A program made the translations under genes and the position numbers. Shown here piece after piece: positions 10,258 to 18,595 of a stretch of DNA of 64,000 bases (positions are counted from its first letter, which is position 1; every line of letters begins with the position of its first letter). The stretch is from assembly GCA_037190965.1 (NCBI GenBank), contig JBBCKI010000031.1, positions 36,339-100,338 on the forward strand. The letters are read 5' to 3'. The notes beneath the pieces are model-generated. The model searched no databases. It saw nothing but the letters and a program-made list of their open reading frames with translations, and was not told where the DNA came from. Origin of the DNA: Chthoniobacteraceae bacterium (GTDB taxonomy: Bacteria; Verrucomicrobiota; Verrucomicrobiia; Chthoniobacterales; Chthoniobacteraceae).

Positions 10258-11037
10258 ATGACCCCTCCGTCTATCATATCGATCAAGCGGCTCAAGCTCA
10301 CCCTTGCCTACGATGGACGCCCGTTCTGCGGGTGGCAGAGTCAGGCCGCGGGGGGGGCCATCCAGGACCATCTGGAAGCCGCCTTTGCCAAGCTCTGCGG
10401 ATCGCGGGTTAACGTTCAGGGATCAGGCAGGACCGACGCCGGTGTCCATGCGTTGGCCCAGATCGCCCACGCTGATGTCCCGAAAGATCGTTTTACGGTC
10501 GATCAATGGCGTAACGCGCTCAACGGACATCTGCCCCGGGAGATCCGCGTCATGCGTTGTCAATGGGCCCGACCCGATTTTGAAGCCCGGTTCTCCGCCA
10601 CTGGAAAAGTCTATCGTTACCGGATCTGGAACGGTTCCGTTTTCCCTCCCTCTGAAATTGGCCGGGCGTGGCACGTTTTCATGCCCATCGATATCGAAGT
10701 GCTGCGAGAATGCGCGCACGGCCTCATAGGCACCCATGATTTTGGCGGATTCGCCGCTAACCGGGGCGTCCCATCCGGCGACACGGTGCGGACCATTCGG
10801 CGGATCGACGTCACCGGGAGAACCGGCGGCGCAATCACGCTCACCTTCGAAGGTGACGGCTTTCTCTACAAAATGGTGCGGCTCCTTACCGGCTCCATGA
10901 TGCGCTGCGCTCAAGGCAAAGCCTCACCGGATTGGCTCTTCAAATTTCTCGAAACGCCTGAAAAGACGGACCCCCGGCTCAAGACCAGCTTCGCGGCACC
11001 CGCCGAGGGGTTAACTCTCGTCCGGGTCCTTTACTAA
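10258..11037 (+). CDS. truA: tRNA pseudouridine(38-40) synthase
   Basis: LAYDGRPFCGWQ, GSGRTDAGVHA, GFLYKMVR and APAEGLTL motifs. Confidence 0.95.
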   Translation: MTPPSIISIKRLKLTLAYDGRPFCGWQSQAAGGAIQDHLEAAFAKLCGSRVNVQGSGRTDAGVHALAQIAHADVPKDRFTVDQWRNALNGHLPREIRVMRCQWARPDFEARFSATGKVYRYRIWNGSVFPPSEIGRAWHVFMPIDIEVLRECAHGLIGTHDFGGFAANRGVPSGDTVRTIRRIDVTGRTGGAITLTFEGDGFLYKMVRLLTGSMMRCAQGKASPDWLFKFLETPEKTDPRLKTSFAAPAEGLTLVRVLY

Positions 11038-11069
11038 TCTGAGGGCGAGGAACGAGCCTGCGGCTGAGG

Positions 11070-11184
11070 CGGCGCCGCGGAGCTCCGCCCTCCGACGACC
11101 GCGCGACAAGCGCGCGCGGGAAGGATGCACCAAGAAAAAATGGCGCGGTAGCGCCCTCTGGGAGGGCGGAACTCCGCGACGCCG
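11070..11184. repeat. Family-2 inverted-repeat element, second copy
   Basis: 24-bp arms at 11070-11093 and 11161-11184 with two mismatches, between convergent genes. Confidence 0.8.
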
Positions 11185-11228
11185 GTAACGCCGAAGGCGC
11201 CTGCCTTTGCCTTTCTCTTCACTCCTCC

Positions 11229-11804
11229 CTAGGGAGTCTCCGCCGCGCGGACTTCCACCGGCGCCGCCGCAGGGACACTCGCCGCCTTGGGCCTGACGGA
11301 GATGGCATATTGATCAATGGAAAACTGCACCGCCGCCAGTTCGCCCACGTAGCGAAGTGCCTCCGTGAACGGGATATTGCTCAGGCGCAACGTGACCGGT
11401 GCGGCGCTGTTGACGCCCGGCTGCAGCACGAAACTTGGCTTCAGCTTGTCCCCCGACGCCTTTGCCGCCTGCTGCCTAAGATATTCGAGGGCGGAATCAA
11501 GCGTCGCCTCCCGGATTTCCACCTGCGGCAGGATCAGCTTCTTCAACTGCGCTTCCGTCTTGGCTCCCGGCCCAGCCTGAGACTCGGCCGCCGCGATCAT
11601 TTTGAGATAGTTCTTCGCCACGACATTTTTCGGGTCGGCAGCGAGGACCAGCTCGAATTTCGTCTTTGCCGACGAGTAGTTGCCCGCCGCGTATTCGCGC
11701 TGGGCTTCGGTGATCAGCGATGCCTGCGCCCGTGCGGGGGTGGCGGGGAGCGTCATTGCGGCCAGGAGGAGGGAGAACAGGGAGCGTTTGATGAGCAGGT
11801 TCAT
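11229..11804 (-). CDS. Secreted protein with a TPR-like repeat and a secretin-N/STN-like domain
   Basis: Signal peptide ending PARA, TPR-like AQREYAAGNYSSAKTKFELVLAADPKN, then LILPQVEIREATLDSALEYL...VTLRLSNIPFTEALRYV. Confidence 0.75.
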   Translation of the reverse strand: MNLLIKRSLFSLLLAAMTLPATPARAQASLITEAQREYAAGNYSSAKTKFELVLAADPKNVVAKNYLKMIAAAESQAGPGAKTEAQLKKLILPQVEIREATLDSALEYLRQQAAKASGDKLKPSFVLQPGVNSAAPVTLRLSNIPFTEALRYVGELAAVQFSIDQYAISVRPKAASVPAAAPVEVRAAETP

Positions 11805-11894
11805 GAGGATTGAGGGGTTGAAATCGTCCGCTTCAGCAAGGCCCATGTTAGACGATCTTCCCGGCGAAATCAATCTTTGAACGCCGGGCAGCGA

Positions 11895-12302
11895 TCAACT
11901 GCCGCAGCTTGACGGGCGTTTTCTTTCATTCCAAATTTTACCGCAATCACTGCATTTGTATCTGTTCTTGGCGAACAGGAATGGAAAATTAAGAAGCAGC
12001 AGTGACAAAAAGGAAATACGCCTTGGCAATTCGTCTATTCCTGTATTGGCAGAGTCGCAGAAAGGACATTGAACGGCTACAGCCTCTTCCAGGGCAACAC
12101 TCTCTTGCTCCAATAATTCCTTGGCTTTAGGAATATCCTCCTCTGCAATCTGAACTCGCACTCCGCCAATCGCATTGGAATACAACCAATCCATTTGCAC
12201 AAGATTCTCATCTTGAACAAATGCGGGAATCCCACCTGCTTCCAGCCGCATACGGAGCAAATGAGCCTCTTCGGGTTTACTGAATGTAGCGATGGTAATC
12301 AC
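11895..12302 (-). CDS. DUF2007 family protein with a C-terminal CxxC...CxxC zinc ribbon (cassette gene)
   Basis: EAHLLRMRLEAGGIPAFVQDEN...AIGGVRVQI, plus CPFC and CSDC. GTG start lies 6 nt after an attC-like core. Confidence 0.8.
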   Translation of the reverse strand: MITIATFSKPEEAHLLRMRLEAGGIPAFVQDENLVQMDWLYSNAIGGVRVQIAEEDIPKAKELLEQESVALEEAVAVQCPFCDSANTGIDELPRRISFLSLLLLNFPFLFAKNRYKCSDCGKIWNERKRPSSCGS

Positions 12303-12308
12303 AATTTC

Positions 12309-12367
12309 GCCTAATGTCCAAGGTGAGTCACGGAGTGCCGGGGAATTGTCCCACCGCTTTGCCCCCA
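12309..12367 (-). mobile_element. Degenerate attC-like site 4
   Basis: Minus strand: AAAGC-GGTGGGAC...GACTCACC-TTGGAC-ATTAGGC. R' is a GTTRRRY with G changed to A; R'' is lost. Confidence 0.5.
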
Positions 12368-12580
12368 TCGCGGAAAACGACCAAATAAAATTCCGCAAAT
12401 AAGAATAAGTCGGAACGCCTCCCAAAACGCAATCGGCCGAACACCAAATATCTGAGGAATGGTCATGTTCCAAAGCCATCGCAGGAGAGCCGGGGCGAGA
12501 AAAAAGAAAATTACGGCAATGAGCGCAATCGCAGCCAGATCAGGCCCGGCAGGATTAAATTTGTAAACACCGGCAAGCAT
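12311..12580 (-). CDS. Small membrane protein (cassette gene)
   Basis: Hydrophobic ORF (LLRWLWNMTIPQIFGVRPIAFWEAFRLILICGILFG) that reads into attC-like site 4. Confidence 0.6.
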   Translation of the reverse strand: MLAGVYKFNPAGPDLAAIALIAVIFFFLAPALLRWLWNMTIPQIFGVRPIAFWEAFRLILICGILFGRFPRWGQSGGTIPRHSVTHLGH

Positions 12581-12607
12581 ATTCGAAAATGTGGGATGTT
12601 GTTGGAG

Positions 12608-13117
12608 TTATTGGATGACTTGTATCTGCTGTAAGAGTTTTGAGTCCTTTCCTGATGAACTCACCCATAAAATCGTAAAACCAGTCGTAAATAAAAGCCA
12701 GGTGATTGCAAAGGCGATAGTCAGAAATGTTGAACGATCGAATCCTGCCGCTAACACCGATTTGTTTGGATCGGCAGGATCATATTTGACAAAAACGGCG
12801 TTGGCATTAATAAGCTTATCATGAATAGCTTTATGCTCTTCTCGTGTGCTGCTGCCACCATAACCATATGCGATGCGATCCCCAGAATAGCTGACGCCTT
12901 CTACTGAATAGTCATACAGCACCTTGACCTTCCAAGTTGTTCCATCGCCGTCGGAATTTTCTTCGATCTTACATTTACTGATGTTCGCCGGCACTTGGGG
13001 CCATGAGAGCGACCTTCTTCCTTGATAATATGAAAACCCGCCGTAGCCGAGCAACCCAAAGCCGACAGCAAAAAAGAGGCCAATGAAGAGAGCAAAGAGG
13101 ATCATGCCGTTTTTCAT
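12608..13117 (-). CDS. DUF3592 family membrane protein (cassette gene)
   Basis: Same architecture as 793-1305 (WPQVPANI...YDYSVEG...VFVKYDPADPNKSVL). ATG lies 6 nt after an attC-like core. Confidence 0.8.
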   Translation of the reverse strand: MKNGMILFALFIGLFFAVGFGLLGYGGFSYYQGRRSLSWPQVPANISKCKIEENSDGDGTTWKVKVLYDYSVEGVSYSGDRIAYGYGGSSTREEHKAIHDKLINANAVFVKYDPADPNKSVLAAGFDRSTFLTIAFAITWLLFTTGFTILWVSSSGKDSKLLQQIQVIQ

Positions 13118-13123
13118 TATTTG

Positions 13124-13184
13124 TCCTAATGATCAAGACTGAGGCACGGCGCGAAGCGGAGCTGCCTCCACCGCCTTGTTTGAC
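13124..13184 (-). mobile_element. attC-like site 3
   Basis: Minus strand: GTCAAAC-AAGGC-GGTGGAGGC...GCCTCAGTC-TTGATC-ATTAGGA. It starts 7 nt after the SUFU stop and has the 5- and 6-nt spacers of attC. Confidence 0.6.
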
Positions 13185-13191
13185 TTGTTTC

Positions 13192-13788
13192 TCATATGAA
13201 AGAATGGCGCGATTCATCCAAGATGGGAGACATCTCCGCCTCTTGGAGTCGCTGTTCAAGGGCTTGGGATCCTTGCTCGCGTGCAAACTCGCGTTCGGAT
13301 TCAGTAATCGGAATCATCCAAAGGAAGTCGACACGGTCACCATTTAGATCAAAACCACGGAATCCGTCTGATTCAAAGTAAGGAGGAAGAAAGAAGTAAG
13401 ATGTCAGTAAAGATGGCTTCGCGGTCATCGGCATTCCGTTGGGAACGGTGTGCCACCAGTGCAGGAAAGTCTTATCCTCAAATGGCATCTCAGCCAAACC
13501 CTTCAGCACGGAGAACATCCACCCCTGCGGTTCCGGCACATACATCAAAATCTCCGCTCTTGAAGACATATGCTTATCACAATCCTGAGGTTGAAGCTGT
13601 CGCTCGTTACTCATCCCACTGGTGATGAGAGTCCAGTATGGACGATCAACCGTCGGCTCGAATTGGTAAATGTCGATGTGAACAGGCTTGATGTCGGTGG
13701 AGTGCATTACATCCTGGGTCATCGGCCCGAAAAATTTCTGATAGTGGCGCTCTCTTGCTTCGAGAAAGCCGTTTGGATGGGTGAGCAT
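13192..13788 (-). CDS. Suppressor-of-fused (SUFU) domain protein (cassette gene)
   Basis: VHIDIYQF, WTLITSGMS and VDFLWMIPITESEREFAREQGSQAL motifs. Confidence 0.85.
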   Translation of the reverse strand: MLTHPNGFLEARERHYQKFFGPMTQDVMHSTDIKPVHIDIYQFEPTVDRPYWTLITSGMSNERQLQPQDCDKHMSSRAEILMYVPEPQGWMFSVLKGLAEMPFEDKTFLHWWHTVPNGMPMTAKPSLLTSYFFLPPYFESDGFRGFDLNGDRVDFLWMIPITESEREFAREQGSQALEQRLQEAEMSPILDESRHSFI

Positions 13789-13796
13789 GGTTTTCT

Positions 13797-13855
13797 GTTG
13801 ATCGATTTAGCTCAGCCGCCGCGCGAGCGCGGTTGGCTGCAGCGCTTGGTTAGGT
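13797..13855 (-). mobile_element. attC site 2 (59 bp)
   Basis: Minus strand: R'' ACCTAAC, spacer CAAGC, L'' GCTGCAGC (extra G), central hairpin, L' GCTGAGC, spacer TAAATC, R' degenerated to GATCAAC. Confidence 0.75.
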
Positions 13856-13976
13856 GTTGCGGTTGCTTGGAGGAATCGCACGAATAGATATCACGACGGC
13901 AAAAGCAAGAAGATTTAAGATACCGCAGTTCCCTGCTCGCGCGCTAGCGTCAAGGGAATGGAAAGAAAGCAAGACG

Positions 13977-14077
13977 GCATAAGGCACGATCAATCCTCGC
14001 CTGCCACACGGCCCGCTGGGGGCCACGATGGCTACGAAAGCGCGATGGCCGGGTTCGCTGCGGCACCCTGGTTAGGT
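13977..14077 (-). mobile_element. attC-like site 1, right end degenerate
   Basis: Minus strand: ACCTAAC-CAGGG-TGCCGCAGCGAACCCGGCC...GGCCGTGTGGCA forms an imperfect hairpin. No intact GTTRRRY. Confidence 0.55.
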
Positions 14078-14784
14078 GGCAAATACTCACAGCCAAACTT
14101 GGTATTCTTCATGGAAGCACAACCAGCGATATTCAAAAGCAAAGAACCACACAGCACTATGAACAGCCAAGAGAACACAACACGCCGTTTGGCTCGTAAG
14201 CTCAAAGTCGTCAACGCAACATAGTAACTCCACCCCACAAAAGCTGCGAAGTATATGTTTGCGGAACTATTTGGGACAACAGGGGCAAGAAGCATGAAGA
14301 ACGGAAATCCTGCGGGACTAAAAACCGGCGGCAGCAGAATGCCCGCCCAACTGAATTGCCAATCTTCTACAAAGGCCATTGCGATAATCGCCGCAATCCA
14401 AGCCACTACGCAAAGCGAGCCTTTCAGCTGCAACGAAATCTGTGATGATTGCTCCATGCGTACGATGATTGGCAGTGGCCCGAAATCTATTCCGCGCTCT
14501 CGGTATGCTTCGTTCCAGTTGTAAATCGGCTCAGTCGCCCAATCAAAACGATCTCCATTATTTCCGACCGCCTCGGTTGGGCAGCACTTGACACCTCCTT
14601 CTTCTAGAAGCTTAGCCTCTTCTTCATTTTCCGGCTGCTTAAAAACATATGATGTTCCAGTCCGGTCATCGCGTTTGACATTATTGGGCGCAGTCTCGCG
14701 GCACAAATCGCAATCAGTGCATTGACTGTCGATGTAGTAACGACCCGGGATATTCAACGGGTATCTTTCGTAGAAATTGGCCAT
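14032..14784 (-). CDS. Single-cluster ferredoxin domain fused to a membrane domain (first cassette)
   Basis: YYIDSQCTDCDLCRETAP...CCPTEAVG followed by about four TM segments. The ORF reads into attC-like site 1. Confidence 0.7.
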   Translation of the reverse strand: MANFYERYPLNIPGRYYIDSQCTDCDLCRETAPNNVKRDDRTGTSYVFKQPENEEEAKLLEEGGVKCCPTEAVGNNGDRFDWATEPIYNWNEAYRERGIDFGPLPIIVRMEQSSQISLQLKGSLCVVAWIAAIIAMAFVEDWQFSWAGILLPPVFSPAGFPFFMLLAPVVPNSSANIYFAAFVGWSYYVALTTLSLRAKRRVVFSWLFIVLCGSLLLNIAGCASMKNTKFGCEYLPPNQGAAANPAIALS

Positions 14785-14800
14785 GGCGTTTTTGGTTTCC

Positions 14801-14818
14801 GCCTAACATTATGTAGAT
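14801..14818 (-). mobile_element. attI-like site
   Basis: Minus strand: ATCTAC-ATAAT-GTTAGGC, an intact core 16 nt before the first ATG. It is preceded by AT-rich DNA rather than an attC hairpin. Confidence 0.5.
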
Positions 14819-14881
14819 TGAGAAATATCTATTTAAATTCTGTAAAACCAGAAAAAAGTGGATCGAAATGCCATAGGGGTG

Positions 14882-15124
14882 CATGACGGGAAAGTTACGA
14901 TAAGAAAAAACAGGGTGCGAGAGAGCAGCGGTGACAGGCTCGCGCCGCCGGGCCCGAGGTTCGCCTCCCATCGTTCCCCCGTGGCTTTATGAGGGCCGCA
15001 TCCCGGCAAACGCGGTCCGTCCTGCGGGGATGAACGCCAAACGCGTCTCGAAAACCTATTCCGCGCTCTCGGCGAGAGCGGTCTACCTTGTATCGTCCTC
15101 CAAATCGGTCACTTTCCCGTCATG
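14882..15124 (+). repeat. Family-1 element, copy B (full length)
   Basis: Perfect 14-bp outer IR CATGACGGGAAAGT/ACTTTCCCGTCATG encloses a degenerate left REP, a CATCCC/GGGATG stem and the right REP. Confidence 0.85.
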
Positions 15125-15162
15125 ACCGTGGCTTGGCATCGTGCAGAGACTTTTTGGAAGAC

Positions 15163-15190
15163 TTGGCAACGCGCACGTTTGAGCTAAAGT
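15163..15190 (+). promoter_or_regulatory. Putative sigma70-like promoter of the COG0523 GTPase
   Basis: TTGGCA-N16-TAAAGT, 29 nt before the ATG; conserved in the duplicate at 10041. Confidence 0.45.
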
Positions 15191-15219
15191 GACCGACTCT
15201 TTTTCACCCGATCCATCCG

Positions 15220-16176
15220 ATGACCCAAAAACCGCGCATTCCCGTCACCATCCTCACCGGCTTCCTGGGCGCCGGTAAAACCACGCTGCTCAACTACATC
15301 CTCAAGCAGCAGCACGGCTACAAATTCGCCGTTATCGTCAACGAAATCGGCGAGATCGGCATCGACGGGCAATTGGTGGAGAACGCCAAGGAAGAGATCG
15401 TGCAAATGAACAACGGCTGCGTCTGCTGCACCGTGCGCAAGGATCTCGTCAAGAGCGTCCAGACCCTCATCAAACGCGGCGGATTCGACTACCTCCTCAT
15501 TGAGACGACCGGCATCGCCGATCCCGGCCCCGTCGCCCAGACCTTCCTCAATATCCCCCAGTTGCAACAGTACGTGCAGCTCGACTCGATCATCACCGTC
15601 GTTGACGCGGAGCAGATCGAAAAACAGATGGCAGACGTGGAGACCGCCCGCGAACAGATCGCGATGGCCGATTTTGTTCTCCTCAACAAGACCGACCTGG
15701 TGGACGAGCCTCGGCTGCAATGCCTGGAAACGAAGATCGCCAACCTCAACCCGCACGCGCAGACCTTCCGGACCAACCAGTCGGAGGTGAACCTGAAGGA
15801 AGTACTCGATATGGCGGCGTTCGACGTCGACCGGAAGCTGGCCGTTGACCCGAAGTTCCTCGACGAACTCAATACCCGGCATCACCATGACATCCAATCG
15901 TGCTCGTACACCTTCGATCAACCTTTCAGCATCGAACGTTTCGAGGCGTTCGTCGGAGAGTTGAGCGACAAAGCGAAGATCTTTCGCTCGAAGGGGTTCG
16001 TCTCGCTGGCCGGGAACCCGCGCCGCGCGCTGTTCCACGGCGTCAACAACCGCTTCACGATCTTCTGGGATCGCCTCTGGGAGAAGAACGAAACGCGCAC
16101 CAGCCAGTTCGTCTTTATCGGCAAGGGGCTCGACGCCGAGGCGATCCGCGCCGGTCTGGCGAAGTGTCTGGCATAG
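15220..16176 (+). CDS. COG0523/CobW-family metallochaperone GTPase
   Basis: [30 protein letters not shown] and NKTD motifs, and a C-terminal CobW_C domain (FRSKG). Confidence 0.93.
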   Translation: MTQKPRIPVTILTGFLGAGKTTLLNYILKQQHGYKFAVIVNEIGEIGIDGQLVENAKEEIVQMNNGCVCCTVRKDLVKSVQTLIKRGGFDYLLIETTGIADPGPVAQTFLNIPQLQQYVQLDSIITVVDAEQIEKQMADVETAREQIAMADFVLLNKTDLVDEPRLQCLETKIANLNPHAQTFRTNQSEVNLKEVLDMAAFDVDRKLAVDPKFLDELNTRHHHDIQSCSYTFDQPFSIERFEAFVGELSDKAKIFRSKGFVSLAGNPRRALFHGVNNRFTIFWDRLWEKNETRTSQFVFIGKGLDAEAIRAGLAKCLA

Positions 16177-16193
16177 CGGGCCTCTCGGTCAGC

Positions 16194-18449
16194 CTAGGTT
16201 CGGCCCAGCCGCTCCCGCAGAGCGGCGGGATCGAGCGGCTTGAGCATGAAATCATGGAATCCGGCCTGCGCCGCCCGGGCGCGATCGGCCTCCTGCCCAT
16301 AGCCGGTGATGGCAATCAGTTCCAATTTCCCAAGCCCCGGATCGGAGGAAAGCGCCCCGGCCAAAGCGTAGCCATCCATTCCGGGCAACCCCAGGTCGAT
16401 CAGCGCCACGTCGGGCTTAAACCCGGACCCCTTGCCGAGGGCCTCGCGGCCGTTGGCGGCCACCTCCACCTGGTGTCCCCATCGAATCAGGAGGCGGCGG
16501 AGCGTTCCGGCAAGGTCAGGATTGTCCTCCACGATCAGGATACGGCGCGAACGGCCGGGATCGACCACAGCGGTCGCCACGCTCGTTTCCGCCACGTTGG
16601 AAGCGGGGGCCTTTGCGAGGGGGATGCGTACAAAAAACTCCGAGCCCTTTCCGGGGCCGTCGCTCCGGACTCCCACCGTGCCTCCGTGCATCCCGACCAA
16701 CTGCCGCACGAGCGCGAGCCCAAGGCCCAGGCCCCCCCGGGTCATCGTCAACGATTCCTCCGACTGTACGAACGGCTCGAAAATCCGCTCCTGCATTTCG
16801 GGGACAATCCCGATCCCGTGGTCGCGGACTTCCAGCAACGCCTCTTTGCCTTCCCGCCGGAGTGAAAGAGAGATCGGTTTGCCCGGTCCCGTGTATTTTA
16901 CGGCGTTATTGAGCAGATTCCCGACGATCTGCTCGATCCGAACAGGATCAGCGTCCACCCAGAGCCGTTCCGTGGGAAAATCTGCCGCAAAAGCCCGGTC
17001 CGCGAGCAGGGCACGGGCTGTCCTGATGGCAGCGCGAACGGAGTCCGCCAGGTCGAGCCGCGTTTTATGCAGCGTGATCTTGCCCCTCGTGACCCGCGAA
17101 ACGTCGAGCAGGTCCTCCACCAGCCGCGCCATGTGCCGCACCTGACGCTCGATCACCTCCACGGCGTCGCCCGGGTCCGGTGTGCGAAGCAGTTCCACGG
17201 CATTGAGAATGGGCGCCAGCGGATTACGCAACTCATGCGCCAGCATGGCCAGGAAATGATCTTTAATGCGATTGACCCGGCTCAGTTCGGCCTCGTGCTT
17301 TCGCAAACGCTCGTCGAGTCCCTTGCGACGGAGGGCGGCGCCCAGTTGCAGGATCACCTCTTCGACAAAAGCGACAAGCTCGGGCAGCTCCGCGCCCGGC
17401 TCTTCGATCAAAAACTCCAGCACTGCCGCCGCCCTGCCATCGACCAGCACGGGGAAAACCGCCGCCGTCTTGAAGCCGAGTTCCGCCGCCGCCTCAAGCC
17501 CATGCAGGGCAGCCTCGGAAGCGACATCGGCCACGAGAACCGGGCGTGCCTCCTGCCAGACCCGCACGCGTAACGGCCCGCCGTGTTTGAACCGGTCCTG
17601 TGATGTCGAAGCCCGGGCTTTGAGAGATTCGAAGCCGCTTCGTGACGCGTGCCACGCTTTGCAGCTTTCCGGGGATTTTCGCTCTTCATCGCGTGTCCAC
17701 GCCGCGCCGAGCGTCCATCCGGTCGCCTCGCAGATCTGTTCGAGAGCCGCCTGCAATGCCTGGGCCACATCGGGAGCCTCGGCGATTGCCCCGGAGATGC
17801 GGCACCTCAGGAGTTGCTGCATCTCTGCCCGTTTTTGTTCCAGAAGCGCCTCTGCCAATCTCCTTGAGGATTGTTGCAGGTTCGCACGGGCCATCGCCTC
17901 CAAACCCAGGGTAAAAAGAAGCTTCTTCTGCGCCGCATTGAGCCCCGGCCGGGGCCGGGTATCGATGACACAAAGCGTTCCGAGCGCATGTCCCGCAGAG
18001 TTGGTCAGAGGCGTCCCGGCATAAAAGCGGATATGGGGCGACTCTCTCACCAGGGGATTGTTGGCGAACCGAACATCCTCAAGCGCATCCGGGACCACCA
18101 TCCCGTCCGGATAGAGAATCGTATGGGCGCAGAAAGCGTGTTCTCTGGGAAACTCGGTAAAAGTCACCCCCACACGCGATTTGAACCATTGTCGATCCTT
18201 GTCGACCAGGGAGATCATCGCCATCGGGGTTTGAAACAGGTAACTGGCCAGAGCGGTGATTTCATCGAATTCCGACTCGGACCCTCCGTTCATCCACCCC
18301 GAGGCGTCGAGCGCCCGGAGGCGCTCCTCCTCATTGGGAGGGCAGGGACATTGCCAAGGAGGGGCATTCACATAAGGACCGCCAGAGGGTGGGTCAGACG
18401 GCGATTTTACTTTGTGGATCTTCTTCATGGAGGACGATTTTTGGGGCAT
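16194..18449 (-). CDS. Hybrid sensor kinase (GAF-GAF-HisKA-HATPase-REC)
   Basis: GAF motif IRFYAGTPL, AHELRNPL, NLLNNAVKYT, GLGLGL and receiver LIDLGLPGMDG. Confidence 0.92.
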   Translation of the reverse strand: MPQKSSSMKKIHKVKSPSDPPSGGPYVNAPPWQCPCPPNEEERLRALDASGWMNGGSESEFDEITALASYLFQTPMAMISLVDKDRQWFKSRVGVTFTEFPREHAFCAHTILYPDGMVVPDALEDVRFANNPLVRESPHIRFYAGTPLTNSAGHALGTLCVIDTRPRPGLNAAQKKLLFTLGLEAMARANLQQSSRRLAEALLEQKRAEMQQLLRCRISGAIAEAPDVAQALQAALEQICEATGWTLGAAWTRDEERKSPESCKAWHASRSGFESLKARASTSQDRFKHGGPLRVRVWQEARPVLVADVASEAALHGLEAAAELGFKTAAVFPVLVDGRAAAVLEFLIEEPGAELPELVAFVEEVILQLGAALRRKGLDERLRKHEAELSRVNRIKDHFLAMLAHELRNPLAPILNAVELLRTPDPGDAVEVIERQVRHMARLVEDLLDVSRVTRGKITLHKTRLDLADSVRAAIRTARALLADRAFAADFPTERLWVDADPVRIEQIVGNLLNNAVKYTGPGKPISLSLRREGKEALLEVRDHGIGIVPEMQERIFEPFVQSEESLTMTRGGLGLGLALVRQLVGMHGGTVGVRSDGPGKGSEFFVRIPLAKAPASNVAETSVATAVVDPGRSRRILIVEDNPDLAGTLRRLLIRWGHQVEVAANGREALGKGSGFKPDVALIDLGLPGMDGYALAGALSSDPGLGKLELIAITGYGQEADRARAAQAGFHDFMLKPLDPAALRERLGRT

Positions 18450-18595
18450 GGAAGTAAAGCAGCGTTGCGCCTACCTAATCGCGCTGCAAACAGAGCGCGC
18501 GGGCAGGAGCTTGCCCCCCCGGATGTCCCGGTTGAACCGGCGGTAGTCCTCCCTTACAGCGGTTTCAGCCGGCTCGCCTTGCCCTTTTTTGCCCT

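Noticed and set aside
11877..11920. Fifth attC after the DUF2007 gene
   Set aside because: Only a short GGCAG/CTGCC hairpin and degenerate boxes; too eroded to call.
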